41,694 bases of DNA from an uncultured Thermoplasmatales archaeon (GTDB lineage: Archaea; Thermoplasmatota; E2; UBA202; DSCA01), in assembly GCA_964594625.1 (NCBI GenBank), contig CAZQNC010000001.1, positions 1 to 41,694 on the forward strand, in the 5' to 3' direction. Position 1 is the first letter of the stretch; every line of letters begins with the position of its first letter. The notes under the pieces were generated by a model. The model ran no database searches. It had not been told where the DNA came from and was given only the letters and a program-made list of their open reading frames with translations. The translations under genes and the position numbers were made by a program. Positions 31,197 through 40,316 of the stretch are shown piece after piece.

Positions 31197-33197
31197 ATGT
31201 GTGACGACGGAAAAAAAGATGCTGCTCATGGGCCGGACGGCAGGCTGCGCCGGCGTATCCGGCAGCTTGAACGCCGGGCGGCATCGCTGCAGCGGACGCA
31301 GCAGCAGTTCAACGCCGTTTTCAACCATCCACGCTCCTTTGTGGGCATCCTCGACCTCGACGGGCGGCTGCTCGAGGCGAACCGGCGCTCCCTGGAGTTC
31401 ATCGACGCGGCAGCCGGCGACGTTGAAGGCCGGCTGTTCTGGGAGACGCCCTGGTGGACGCATTCATCTGACCTGCAGGACAAGCTGCGGGACAACATCC
31501 GGCTGGCGGCCCGGGGAGAACACGTCCGGTTTGAAGCAGCGCATCATGCCCCGGACGGCAGCCGGGCCATCGTTGATTTTTATCTCCAGCCCGTCACGGA
31601 CAACGACGGCGAGGTCACACGGCTGCTGGCAATCGGCCGGGACATCACCGAGCGCCGCATGGCGGAGGAAAAACTTGAACGTTCCCAGTGGCAGCTTTCT
31701 ATCCTCAACCGGGTGGCAACCATTTTTCTCAGGAAATCGGCGGAGGATATGTACGCAGACGTCCTGGACGTGGTCAGGGAGGCCATGGACAGCCGATACG
31801 GCTATTTCGGCTACATCAACGAGGACGGCGACCTGGTCTGCCCGTCCATGACCCGCGACGTATGGGACAAATGCGAGGTGCCGGACAAGGACATCGTCTT
31901 TCCCCATGACAGCTGGGGCGGCCTGTGGGGCGAGTCCCTGGAAGCCATGGAGACCAGATGGAAAAACGAGTCGCTCGACCTGCCCGAGGGACACATCCAG
32001 TTGAGCAATGCGCTGGCGGTTCCCCTCGTGGACCACGGCGACCTGGTCGGCCAGTTTGTCGTGGGAAACACGCCGGGCGGCTACACCCATGAAGACGTCA
32101 GGCTGCTGGAGCGCCTGGCCAGCTACGTGGCGCCGCTGCTCCGGGCCAAGCTGCAGGAAAAACGGCAGCGTCAGGCCCTGCAGCACAGCGAGGAAAAATA
32201 TCGGACGCTGACGGAAAACGTCAACCTGGGCGTCTACCGCACCACGCCGGGGTCCGACGGCTCGTTCGTGGAGGCCAACCCTGCCATGGTCGACATGTTT
32301 GGCTACGACAGCCGGGAGGAGCTCATGGAGCAGCCCGTCTCGGCCCTGTACTATCACCCCGAGGAACGGCAGGCGTTCAACGAAAAAATGATGGAGGAGG
32401 GCGCGGTCAGCGGTCGGGAGCTCGAGCTGCGCAAAAAAGACGGTACCCGCTTCGTCGGCTCCGTTTCCGCGGTTGCGGTCACCGATGACGGCGGCGAGGT
32501 ACAGTATTTCGACGGCATCGTCGCCGATATCACCGAACGGAAACACATGCGGGAGGCCATGGCCCAGCTGAACGACGTGCTGAAGCTCACCAACAAGATC
32601 ATGCGGCATGACATCCTCAACAATCTGAACGTCATCGAGGGCGCCCTCGAGCTCTATCTCGAGGAGCAGGACGAGGACATGCTCGACAGGGCGTTCGACC
32701 GGATACATCAGAGCGTCGAGCTCATCCGGCGCATGCGGGAGCTGGAGGCGCTGGTGGCCTCCGGCGAAGAACTGCAGTCCCACGACGTACGGGAGACGGT
32801 CGAGGAAATCGTCGGACAGTACGACCTCCCGGTGTCCATATCGGGCAGGGCAACCGTGCTGGCCGATACCGCATTCCATCCCGTCATAGACAACATCGTG
32901 CGGAACGCGGTGGTGCACGGCGGCGCGGACCACATCGACGTGGACATCGCTACAGGCGGCAATACCTGCGAGATACGCGTCGCCGACGACGGCAGCGGCA
33001 TCCCCGACGAGATAAAGCAGCGGGTGTTCGAGGAACGGTTCAGCCACGGCAGCAGCGGCGGCTCCGGCCTGGGATTGTACATCGTCAAAAAAACCATGGA
33101 GCGCTACGGCGGCTCCGTCGACATCGAGGATAACATGCCGCAGGGCACCGTCGTCGTCCTCCGCCTGCCACGGGCCGATGCAGCCGAACACCAGTAA
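31197..33197 (+). CDS. cytoplasmic PAS-GAF-PAS sensor histidine kinase
   Basis: PAS-like blocks (FNAVFNHP..FVGILDLDGRLLEAN; YRTLTENVNLGVYR...FVEANPAMVDMFGY.SREEL). GAF-like middle region. Phospho-acceptor region IMRHDILNNLN. HATPase N/G boxes (IVRNAVVHG, ADDGSGIP, GLGLYIVK). No TM segments and no adjacent response regulator. Confidence 0.85.
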   Translation: MCDDGKKDAAHGPDGRLRRRIRQLERRAASLQRTQQQFNAVFNHPRSFVGILDLDGRLLEANRRSLEFIDAAAGDVEGRLFWETPWWTHSSDLQDKLRDNIRLAARGEHVRFEAAHHAPDGSRAIVDFYLQPVTDNDGEVTRLLAIGRDITERRMAEEKLERSQWQLSILNRVATIFLRKSAEDMYADVLDVVREAMDSRYGYFGYINEDGDLVCPSMTRDVWDKCEVPDKDIVFPHDSWGGLWGESLEAMETRWKNESLDLPEGHIQLSNALAVPLVDHGDLVGQFVVGNTPGGYTHEDVRLLERLASYVAPLLRAKLQEKRQRQALQHSEEKYRTLTENVNLGVYRTTPGSDGSFVEANPAMVDMFGYDSREELMEQPVSALYYHPEERQAFNEKMMEEGAVSGRELELRKKDGTRFVGSVSAVAVTDDGGEVQYFDGIVADITERKHMREAMAQLNDVLKLTNKIMRHDILNNLNVIEGALELYLEEQDEDMLDRAFDRIHQSVELIRRMRELEALVASGEELQSHDVRETVEEIVGQYDLPVSISGRATVLADTAFHPVIDNIVRNAVVHGGADHIDVDIATGGNTCEIRVADDGSGIPDEIKQRVFEERFSHGSSGGSGLGLYIVKKTMERYGGSVDIEDNMPQGTVVVLRLPRADAAEHQ

Positions 33198-33237
33198 TTT
33201 CAAATAGCTCCGGCAGATACGTGCATACGGAGGCACC

Positions 33238-34419
33238 ATGAACGGAGGCATATGGAAACTCGTGATGTGTCTGGCGGTAGCAGCGCTTCTTGTTCCCCTG
33301 CAGGGAGCACACGGCGGTGGCAGCGAACAGTCGATTGTCTGGCATGAGGAAGGAGATGATGCCGTCGCCATGCCCGGCGCTACGCCGGAGGCCTGGGACT
33401 GGCGGAACGTGGACGGAGACGACTGGACCACGCCTATCCGGGACCAGGTGCAGGACGCCTGCGGCTCCTGCTGGGCGTTTGGAGCCCTCGGAGGCCTGGA
33501 GGCAATGGTCAAGATATGGAATGACGACCCGGGCCTGGCGGTCGACCTGTCGGAGCAGTACATGCTGTCCTGCTCGCCCGGGGACTGCGGCGGCTGGTAC
33601 TGGTTCAGTACGCTCAACTGGGTGCAGCACAACGGCGCCATTCCAGAGGCATGTCTGCCCTACGAGGCGGATGACACCATCCCCTGCGACGCAAAATGCG
33701 AGGACTGGCGTGAGCAATTGGTCGGCATCGAAAGCTACCATCGGGTCGCCTCGGACCCGGCGTCGATACAGAGCGCGCTCGTCGAATACGGGCCGCTGCC
33801 CGCCAGCATGGACGTCTACGCGGACTTCTACCCCGAGTTTGACGGCGGCGTCTACGTGCAGGAGTCAGAGGAGTACGTGTTCGGCCACTGCGTGACCATC
33901 GTCGGCTACGACACCACCTGGGGCGACGAGGGAGAGGGCTACTGGATCGTGAAGAACAGCTGGGGCACCGGATGGGGCGAGGACGGCTGGTTCCGCATCG
34001 CCTACGGGGAATGCAACATCCAGCAGAGCGTGTACTACTACGAGGGCCCAAACTATCCACCCGGGCAGCCCGGGCAGCCTGAGGGGTCCACCCGGGGAAA
34101 GCCCGGGGAGACCTACACCTACACGGCAACCGCCAGCGACGCCGAGGATGACGACATCCGGTACACCTTCGACTGGGGTGACGGCAACATCACCCGGACG
34201 GGCTACGTCGCCTCGGGCACAGCGGTCTCAGTAAACTACAGCTGGGCGGAAAAGGGCACCTACGACGTCCGGGTCAGAGCCGAAGACGAGCACGGCCTGG
34301 ACGGCAACTGGTCGAAACCCCTGCCGGTCAGCATGCCGAAACAGCGCCCGGGCATGGCACTGCTCGAACAGGTCCACGTATGGCTCATGCAGCTGCTTCA
34401 CCACATGCTGCCGGCATAG
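33238..34419 (+). CDS. secreted papain-family (C1A) cysteine peptidase with a C-terminal PKD-like domain
   Basis: Signal-like MNGGIWKLVMCLAVAALLVPLQGA. Catalytic Cys QDACGSCWAFG, His GHCVTIVGYD, Asn/Trp YWIVKNSWGTGWGEDGWFRIAYG. PKD-like module at 34057..34347. Confidence 0.9.
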   Translation: MNGGIWKLVMCLAVAALLVPLQGAHGGGSEQSIVWHEEGDDAVAMPGATPEAWDWRNVDGDDWTTPIRDQVQDACGSCWAFGALGGLEAMVKIWNDDPGLAVDLSEQYMLSCSPGDCGGWYWFSTLNWVQHNGAIPEACLPYEADDTIPCDAKCEDWREQLVGIESYHRVASDPASIQSALVEYGPLPASMDVYADFYPEFDGGVYVQESEEYVFGHCVTIVGYDTTWGDEGEGYWIVKNSWGTGWGEDGWFRIAYGECNIQQSVYYYEGPNYPPGQPGQPEGSTRGKPGETYTYTATASDAEDDDIRYTFDWGDGNITRTGYVASGTAVSVNYSWAEKGTYDVRVRAEDEHGLDGNWSKPLPVSMPKQRPGMALLEQVHVWLMQLLHHMLPA

Positions 34420-34422
34420 TGG

Positions 34423-35073
34423 CTAATCGCCGGTGACGAGCAGCGCCACGTGGTCTTTCGAAAACGGCGACAGGGATACCTGCTGCCTGATGCGATAGGA
34501 CTCGCCGACGCTTCGCGTCACCGCCTTGAACACCTTGCCCGGCCGGGCGGCCACGTCGATGCTCCTGGCCTTGACCATGAGCAAACCCCGTGACGGCGAA
34601 AAAAAAGCCATGTTTTTCAGGAAGATGTCCACCTGGTCCTGCTGGGAGATGTCCTGGTAGACAAGGCCGGGCGTGCCGGTGACGTAATGCTCGTAGCGGC
34701 GCGGGTGGCGGGCGTCGGCCAGCACGGGCACCACGTTGTCCCGCTGCCGGGAAAGGACAACGAGCTTTCGCATTGCCCGCTCGGATTTCTCGACCGCGTA
34801 TACAACCCCTGAGGTGACAATGTCGGACACATGGGACACGGTGGTGCCGGTGGCCGCCCCGAGATACAGCACCCGGCTGCCGTCGGTGAGCGGCATCTTT
34901 TTGAGCCCGTTGCTGATGGCGGCTGCCAGCTTGCTCTTGTAGGGATTCCACGAGCGGTATTCCATGCCGCCGACGGAGCGCAGGCGCTCGCCGTACACCG
35001 CCACGCCGGGATGCAGATTTCGGGTGTACAGCCGACCTTCATGTCGGTGTACGCCGGGGAACAGCTGCTGCAT
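34423..35073 (-). CDS. flpA: fibrillarin-like rRNA/tRNA 2'-O-methyltransferase
   Basis: YR.WNPY.SKLAAAI..GL...P...GS.VLYLGAA.GTTVSHVSDIV...G.VYAVE; VP.L.DAR.P..Y. Confidence 0.9.
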   Translation of the reverse strand: MQQLFPGVHRHEGRLYTRNLHPGVAVYGERLRSVGGMEYRSWNPYKSKLAAAISNGLKKMPLTDGSRVLYLGAATGTTVSHVSDIVTSGVVYAVEKSERAMRKLVVLSRQRDNVVPVLADARHPRRYEHYVTGTPGLVYQDISQQDQVDIFLKNMAFFSPSRGLLMVKARSIDVAARPGKVFKAVTRSVGESYRIRQQVSLSPFSKDHVALLVTGD

Positions 35074-35076
35074 GCG

Positions 35077-36357
35077 CTACCGCACCCGCCTTCGGGCGAT
35101 GTTGCATGCCACCGTGGATGCATCAAACACCGGGGCTACCAGTGGGGCGTAGGCGGTCTCCACGTCCGAGAACTGTTCCAGCGTCAGCCCGTGCTGGATG
35201 GCAACGGCGAAGCGGTTGACATGCTGCGTTGCCCCCGGCCCGATGGCCTGCGCTCCCATGAGGCGGCCGTCGCTGTCAGCCAGCACCTTGACCAGCAGTC
35301 TGTCGCCCTCCATGTAGTCGGGAAGGGTGCTGCCCGGGAATTTGCCGGTGACCGGGGAAAACGGCATGCCTTCGCCTGTCGGTCCCACGGCGGCGATTTC
35401 CATGTCGAACAGCCGCGTCGTGCGGGCGCTGAGCAGGGATGGCATCGTCTCGTCGCCGCCGACGGCGTTCCGGCCGGCTACCACGGCCTGCCGGACGGCG
35501 GTGCTGCCCAGCCCGACGACGACCTCGCTGCCCGCCACATCATGGTACCGGGTGCAGTCCCCGACCGCGTAGACATCCAGGATGTCCGTCCGGCAGCGTT
35601 CGTCCACCCTGATGGCCCCGTCCGCGTTATCCGGCACCAGCCCGACGTTCGGCCGGTTGCCGGTGGCGACCAGCACGAAGTCTGCCTTTATGGTGTCCTC
35701 GTCGCCGTCGCGTTCCACGGTGACCTGCATGGGGGTGCCCGCGGTGAGCGAGGTTACCCTGGCGTCGAAATGAAAGACGATGTCGTCCGGCATGCCCTGC
35801 CGTACCGTGCGGGCCATGTCGTCGTCCAGCATGTTGAGCAGCAAGTCGGGCAGAAACTCGACGACGGTGACCTCGACATCTCGCTCACGGAGGGCCTCCG
35901 CCGCCTCAAGCCCGATGAGCCCGGCGCCGACTACGACGGCTTTCGCTCCTGCAATGGCCTGTTCTTTGACCGCTGCCGCATCGTCGAGCGTGCGAAGGAA
36001 AAACGTGTTGCCGTGCAGCTCGATAGGGGAAAACGGCCTGGCGCCCGTAGCCAGAATGAGCACGTCATATGCTTCCTTGCCATCTGCGGTGTGCACGGCT
36101 TTGCTCTCGAAGTCGATGTCCGTCACCTCGGTGTCGAGGCGGAGGTCGATGTTGGCCTTGTCGAACCATTCCTGGCTGAACTCGATGGTGTCCCCGGGCG
36201 CCAGTTCACCTGATACCACCCAGGGCAGCGCGCACTTTGAATACTGCGGGTACGGCCCCTTTTCCAGTACCACGATGTCCGCTGTGCGGTCCTGCTTCCT
36301 GGCGAACTGGGCTGCCGTTGCACCGGCGGCGCCGCAGCCAACGATAACCACTTTCAT
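35077..36357 (-). CDS. FAD-dependent pyridine nucleotide-disulfide oxidoreductase (NADH oxidase / CoA-disulfide reductase class, single redox Cys)
   Basis: KVVIVGCGAAGATAA (FAD), redox motif YSKCALP, second Rossmann VVVGAGLIGLEAAEAL, and AVGDC. The stop lies 3 nt upstream of the flpA start. Confidence 0.85.
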   Translation of the reverse strand: MKVVIVGCGAAGATAAQFARKQDRTADIVVLEKGPYPQYSKCALPWVVSGELAPGDTIEFSQEWFDKANIDLRLDTEVTDIDFESKAVHTADGKEAYDVLILATGARPFSPIELHGNTFFLRTLDDAAAVKEQAIAGAKAVVVGAGLIGLEAAEALRERDVEVTVVEFLPDLLLNMLDDDMARTVRQGMPDDIVFHFDARVTSLTAGTPMQVTVERDGDEDTIKADFVLVATGNRPNVGLVPDNADGAIRVDERCRTDILDVYAVGDCTRYHDVAGSEVVVGLGSTAVRQAVVAGRNAVGGDETMPSLLSARTTRLFDMEIAAVGPTGEGMPFSPVTGKFPGSTLPDYMEGDRLLVKVLADSDGRLMGAQAIGPGATQHVNRFAVAIQHGLTLEQFSDVETAYAPLVAPVFDASTVACNIARRRVR

Positions 36358-36589
36358 GAGGTTGCATGGCTCAGGTGCTTAAGTGTTTTTCGAGCATCAA
36401 GCGCAGTGCGACGCCGTCGACGCGAGCGATACATCTCGCCAAAAGAAGGGGGGAAGACCCAAAAAAGAGAATATGGGCGGTGGAGGCATAATTCTATCCG
36501 GTCTTCCCATCCCCTCATGGATATATCCGGCAGGTGCTTAATTAATGTGTCGGTTTTTTCTGGCATATGCTGGCACACTGCTTGCAGCC

Positions 36590-37433
36590 TCATTGCCTCG
36601 AAGGAAGCAGATGGCCGCCGTCGCAGGAGGGCGCATTCGTGGCGAAGCCCTCCCGGCAGGATGCAAACGTCAGCCCGTGCGCTCTGCATGTCCATCCGAC
36701 GCGGCGCATGAGCCGCCGTCGCTGCTCCTCCGGCAGCCAGAACGTGTTTCCCCGCCGGGTGAACCGCAGCTGTTCCATCACGTCCGGCATCGCGTTCCGC
36801 AATCGCTGCAGGCCGTCACCTCGGGGTTTCACCGTGGATGACACCACGTGCCGGCAGTATGGCGCCACGGCCGACACGACATCCTCGACCTCGCCGTCGG
36901 TCAGACCCGGAATGAGCGGGTCGAGGCGCACCGAGCACGGGACGCCATTTTCGGAGAGCGTGCGGAGCGCCTCCAGCCGCTTCGACGGCAATGGAGCACC
37001 CGGTTCGATGCGCCGTGCAACGTCATGGCGGAGCGTGGTCACGGACAGGCTGACCGACGCCTGCATGCCGGCGAGCAGCTCTTGCGTCCCGGGCGACCAG
37101 GTCCGACTTGGTGACCACCAGCACGGGCACCTGTCGCTCCCGGAACAGCTCGAGGCACCGCCTGGTTATCTCCTGTTCTCGCTCCATCGGCGGATAGGGG
37201 TCGGAGCTGTTCGCCATGCTGACATAGCGCCGCTGCACATCCGCGCTGCGCAGCTCCCGGGCCAGCCGCTGGAGCACGTCGCGTTTTGCCCGGCCCTCGA
37301 ACGGGCGGGGGATATAGCTGGTGATGTAGCAGTACAGGCAGCCGTGCGGGCATCCCGTATACGGGCAAAACGAATACTTCGATGGACAGGTGCAACGGCT
37401 GCTGTTCCAGGGGTCAAACGCGTTGAGCACCAT
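36590..37433 (-). pseudogene. SPL/MJ0683-like radical SAM protein (COG1533 type) split by a 1-nt frameshift
   Basis: The N-terminal piece (37023..37433) carries CTCPSKYSFCPYTGCPHGCLYCY (CX3CX2C) and runs to ...VLVVTKSDLVARD. The C-terminal piece (36590..37066 frame) continues ...ELLAGMQASVSLSVTTL...RLDPLIPG. The two frames abut around 37078..37095, next to a CCCGGG run at 37088..37093. Confidence 0.7.
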
Positions 37434-37520
37434 CTCGTGGTCTCATCCCCGAGGGGGCTTTAATGCTTTCCGCCATAGATTTTTAAACGCCTGCCCCATC
37501 AGGGTTCACAGGTGAAAAGC

Positions 37521-38669
37521 ATGGTCGAGGTAAAACCGTTCAATGGCATCAGGCCGAAACAGCCGGCATCGTTCTGCATCAAGCCCTACGACGTCATCGG
37601 TGACGAAGAACTCCGGGAGCTCCGGCAGGGCGACAGCGCCATCCACGTCATCCTCCCCAAAGGCGACGGCGACGAGGTATACGACAACGCCCGGCGGGCC
37701 TTCCAGGAAGCACTGGAGGAGCACATGATCCGGGACGAGCCGTCCGTCTACCTCTACCGGGAGAGCAGCCAGGCGTTTACGCAGCGAGGGTTCATCCTGG
37801 CCGTGTCGCTCGACGACTACGCGGCAGGACGGATAAAAAAACACGAGGAAACCCGCAAGGAGCCCCTGGAGGACCGCGTACGCCACATCGAGGCAACCGC
37901 CGCCAACACCGGCCTGGTCTGGACGGTGTTCCGCCACCGGGCAGACATCACCCGGTTGATGGACGAGGCAGCAGCGGGCCGGCCCGTCGCCGATTTCGAC
38001 AAATACGGCTACCGGCATACGCTCTGGCAGCTGTCCGACAGCAGCACCGTCGAGGCCATCCGGGATGCCTTCCGGGACGTAGCGCTGTACATCGCCGACG
38101 GTCACCATCGCATCCGGGCCGCCTACGAGTACGGCAAACGGCATGACGACAGGGAAGCGCAGTATGTCATGGTGTTCGTGGCCAGCGACGACGAAATGCG
38201 CATCCTGCCCTACAACCGGGTGATACGCGAGATAGACAGCGACAGCTTCCTGGAGGACCTCGAACAGCATTTTGAGGTCATCCGGCTCGACGACCCCGAT
38301 GAGCCCGACGAGCACGAGATACAGCTGTACTACCGGGGAGCATGGTGGCAGCTGCTCCCCTGTAACGTGCCCGACGACCTGGTGGCGTCGCTCGACGTCA
38401 GCATCCTGCAGCAGCAGCTTCTCGAGCCGGTGCTCGGCATCACCGACGTCCGCGGCGACCCCAACATTTTCTTCGAAGGCGGCGATCTTCCGCGCAGTCA
38501 TTACGAGCAGCTGGTCGACGAGAAGGGCAACGCGGCCGTGTTCTATCTGCATCCCACGAGCATCGACGACCTGGTGGCGGTGGCCGACGCACAACGCAAC
38601 ATGCCGCCGAAGTCAACCTGGTTCGACCCCAAGCTGCTCACCGGGCTCGTGTTCCGCTCGCTTCGCTAG
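37521..38669 (+). CDS. DUF1015 domain-containing protein
   Basis: V.PF.GIRP..........PYDVI...E.REL........HVILP; Y.Y......Q.GFI..V.L.DY..G.IKKHE.TR...E.DR..HI.AT.ANTG.V; ADGHHR. Confidence 0.8.
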   Translation: MVEVKPFNGIRPKQPASFCIKPYDVIGDEELRELRQGDSAIHVILPKGDGDEVYDNARRAFQEALEEHMIRDEPSVYLYRESSQAFTQRGFILAVSLDDYAAGRIKKHEETRKEPLEDRVRHIEATAANTGLVWTVFRHRADITRLMDEAAAGRPVADFDKYGYRHTLWQLSDSSTVEAIRDAFRDVALYIADGHHRIRAAYEYGKRHDDREAQYVMVFVASDDEMRILPYNRVIREIDSDSFLEDLEQHFEVIRLDDPDEPDEHEIQLYYRGAWWQLLPCNVPDDLVASLDVSILQQQLLEPVLGITDVRGDPNIFFEGGDLPRSHYEQLVDEKGNAAVFYLHPTSIDDLVAVADAQRNMPPKSTWFDPKLLTGLVFRSLR

Positions 38670-38671
38670 CG

Positions 38672-39610
38672 CTATCCCCACATCTTGACGCCGTCGCTGG
38701 ACACCGAGGTGACCAGCGCCCGCCCGCCGGCTTTTTCTATCGCGATCGCCACCCGCTCCGGCTTGTCGGTCAGCGCGATGATGCTCCCGCCGCCGCCGGC
38801 GCCTGTCAGCTTGGCCCCGTAGGCGCCCGCCCGTCGCGCAGCGGCGATGAGCGTTTCCAGGGCGTCCGAGCTCGCGCCCAGGGTGTGCAGGTTTTTCTGG
38901 GCCTCGTTCATCGTTTGCCCCAGGGCGACATAGTCCCGCTGCTGGAGGGCGTCGATGCCCTCGATGACCAGCTCGCCGATGCGCTCGGTGAGCTCCCGGC
39001 CGAAGCCGGAATGGGTGACGAATCGCCGGACCTTTTTGACCTGCCGCGGGGTCTTTGACTTGATGCCGGTCATGCCGACCACGACGTGCACGTCGGTCAT
39101 GGCGGGAACGTCGACCTCGTGGACATACCAGGTAGTGTCGCCCCGGCTTATCTTCCAGAGGAAGCCGTCGCGTTTTTCCCGGGCCAGCAGGATGGCGCCG
39201 CCGTGGGTGCACGCCGAGGTGTCGTTGGGGCTGCCGCCGCCCTGCACCGTGTATTCCACGTCGAAGCTATGGCGGGCTACCGCCTCAGAGGAGAAATCGC
39301 TGCGGAGGCTGAGGATGCAGGCGACGGATGCCGTGGTGATAGCCGCCGAGGAGCCCAGCCCGCTGGCCGACGGGATGTTGGAAAACGTCGTCGTCTGCAG
39401 CGGCGGGCCGTCCCACAATGTTTCGATGGCGTGCTTGATGTAGGTATGCCGGTAGCCGTCCAGGGGACGCCCGTTGACCTCGTGGACCTCGCCGGGCCGC
39501 ATTTCCACGCCGACGCGCAGGTCGATGGCCGTCGAAAGGCACGGCTGCCCGTAGATGACGCCATGCTCGCCGAGCAAAATGATTTTTCCTGGAACCGATG
39601 CAACAGCCAT
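38672..39610 (-). CDS. mvk: mevalonate kinase (GHMP kinase family)
   Basis: N-terminus PGKIILLGEHGVIYGQP; GHMP motif IPSASGLGSSAAITTA; C-terminal KLTGAGGGGSIIAL. Confidence 0.85.
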   Translation of the reverse strand: MAVASVPGKIILLGEHGVIYGQPCLSTAIDLRVGVEMRPGEVHEVNGRPLDGYRHTYIKHAIETLWDGPPLQTTTFSNIPSASGLGSSAAITTASVACILSLRSDFSSEAVARHSFDVEYTVQGGGSPNDTSACTHGGAILLAREKRDGFLWKISRGDTTWYVHEVDVPAMTDVHVVVGMTGIKSKTPRQVKKVRRFVTHSGFGRELTERIGELVIEGIDALQQRDYVALGQTMNEAQKNLHTLGASSDALETLIAAARRAGAYGAKLTGAGGGGSIIALTDKPERVAIAIEKAGGRALVTSVSSDGVKMWG

Positions 39611-39671
39611 CTATCGCCATAAGAAAGACAAGGTAAAAAGGTTACTGTTTTCCGCAGGTGGCAAGATATAT

Positions 39672-40313
39672 ATGCCCGGCGTTATATCCGGCATGGACCG
39701 CCTGCTGGCGTTCGACTACGACGGCGTCCTCGTCGACAGCTACGACGTCTTCAAACGATATTTCCTGGAAGCCTGCCGCGACCAGGGCGTCAAAGACATC
39801 AGCACAGAGAAAGATTTCCTGTCCCTCTTCGACGGGAACCTCTACCAGAGCATGCTCCAGCAGGGCCTGTCACGCGACCAGATACTCAGCATCGTCCTCG
39901 CGGTGCGCGACGGCATCATGGCGGAACAGGACGCCATCCAGCTCTACCCCGGCATCCACGATGCCGTGCACGCGCTGGCCGAAGGCCACACCCTGGCCGT
40001 GGTCACCTCAAACGACACCGAGGTAGTACGGCATTTCCTGCAGATGCGGGACATCGACCGCTTCACCGACGTCATCGGCTCCGACCGGGAGCCCAGCAAA
40101 CACGCAAAGCTCCAGCGCCTCCAGCGGCAGCATCACGACGCCAGATGCTACTACATCGGCGACACCGCCGGCGACATCATCGAGGGAAAACAAGCCGGCG
40201 TGGCCACCGTGGCAGCCGCCTGGGGCTGGCACGACGAAAACCGCCTCCGCCAGGCACCGCCGGACCATCTCGTACACACGCCGGCGGAGCTCCGGGCTCT
40301 TTTTTCCGAATAA
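39672..40313 (+). CDS. HAD-superfamily hydrolase (phosphoglycolate phosphatase / PpaX-like subfamily IA)
   Basis: Motif I LAFDYDGVLVDS, motif II VVTSN, motif III/IV K......YIGDT.GDI.EGK.AG. ATG 39672 chosen because upstream track residues overlap the mvk start region. Confidence 0.8.
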   Translation: MPGVISGMDRLLAFDYDGVLVDSYDVFKRYFLEACRDQGVKDISTEKDFLSLFDGNLYQSMLQQGLSRDQILSIVLAVRDGIMAEQDAIQLYPGIHDAVHALAEGHTLAVVTSNDTEVVRHFLQMRDIDRFTDVIGSDREPSKHAKLQRLQRQHHDARCYYIGDTAGDIIEGKQAGVATVAAAWGWHDENRLRQAPPDHLVHTPAELRALFSE

Positions 40314-40316
40314 AAA

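Noticed and set aside
31464-33641. 725-aa minus-strand ORF
   Set aside because: It is antisense to the PAS/GAF histidine kinase and the start of the papain-like gene. It shows no domain motifs and a shadow-ORF composition.
34831-36213. 460-aa plus-strand ORF
   Set aside because: It is antisense to flpA and the NOX gene, both strongly supported by motifs on the minus strand.
36368-36402. Possible box C/D sRNA on the minus strand (UGAUGC … CUGA) next to the fibrillarin operon
   Set aside because: The C box is imperfect, there are no C'/D' boxes, there is no terminal stem, and only ~19 nt separate the boxes. That is too short and degenerate to call.
37506-38594. 362-aa minus-strand ORF
   Set aside because: It is antisense to the DUF1015 gene and has no recognisable motifs.
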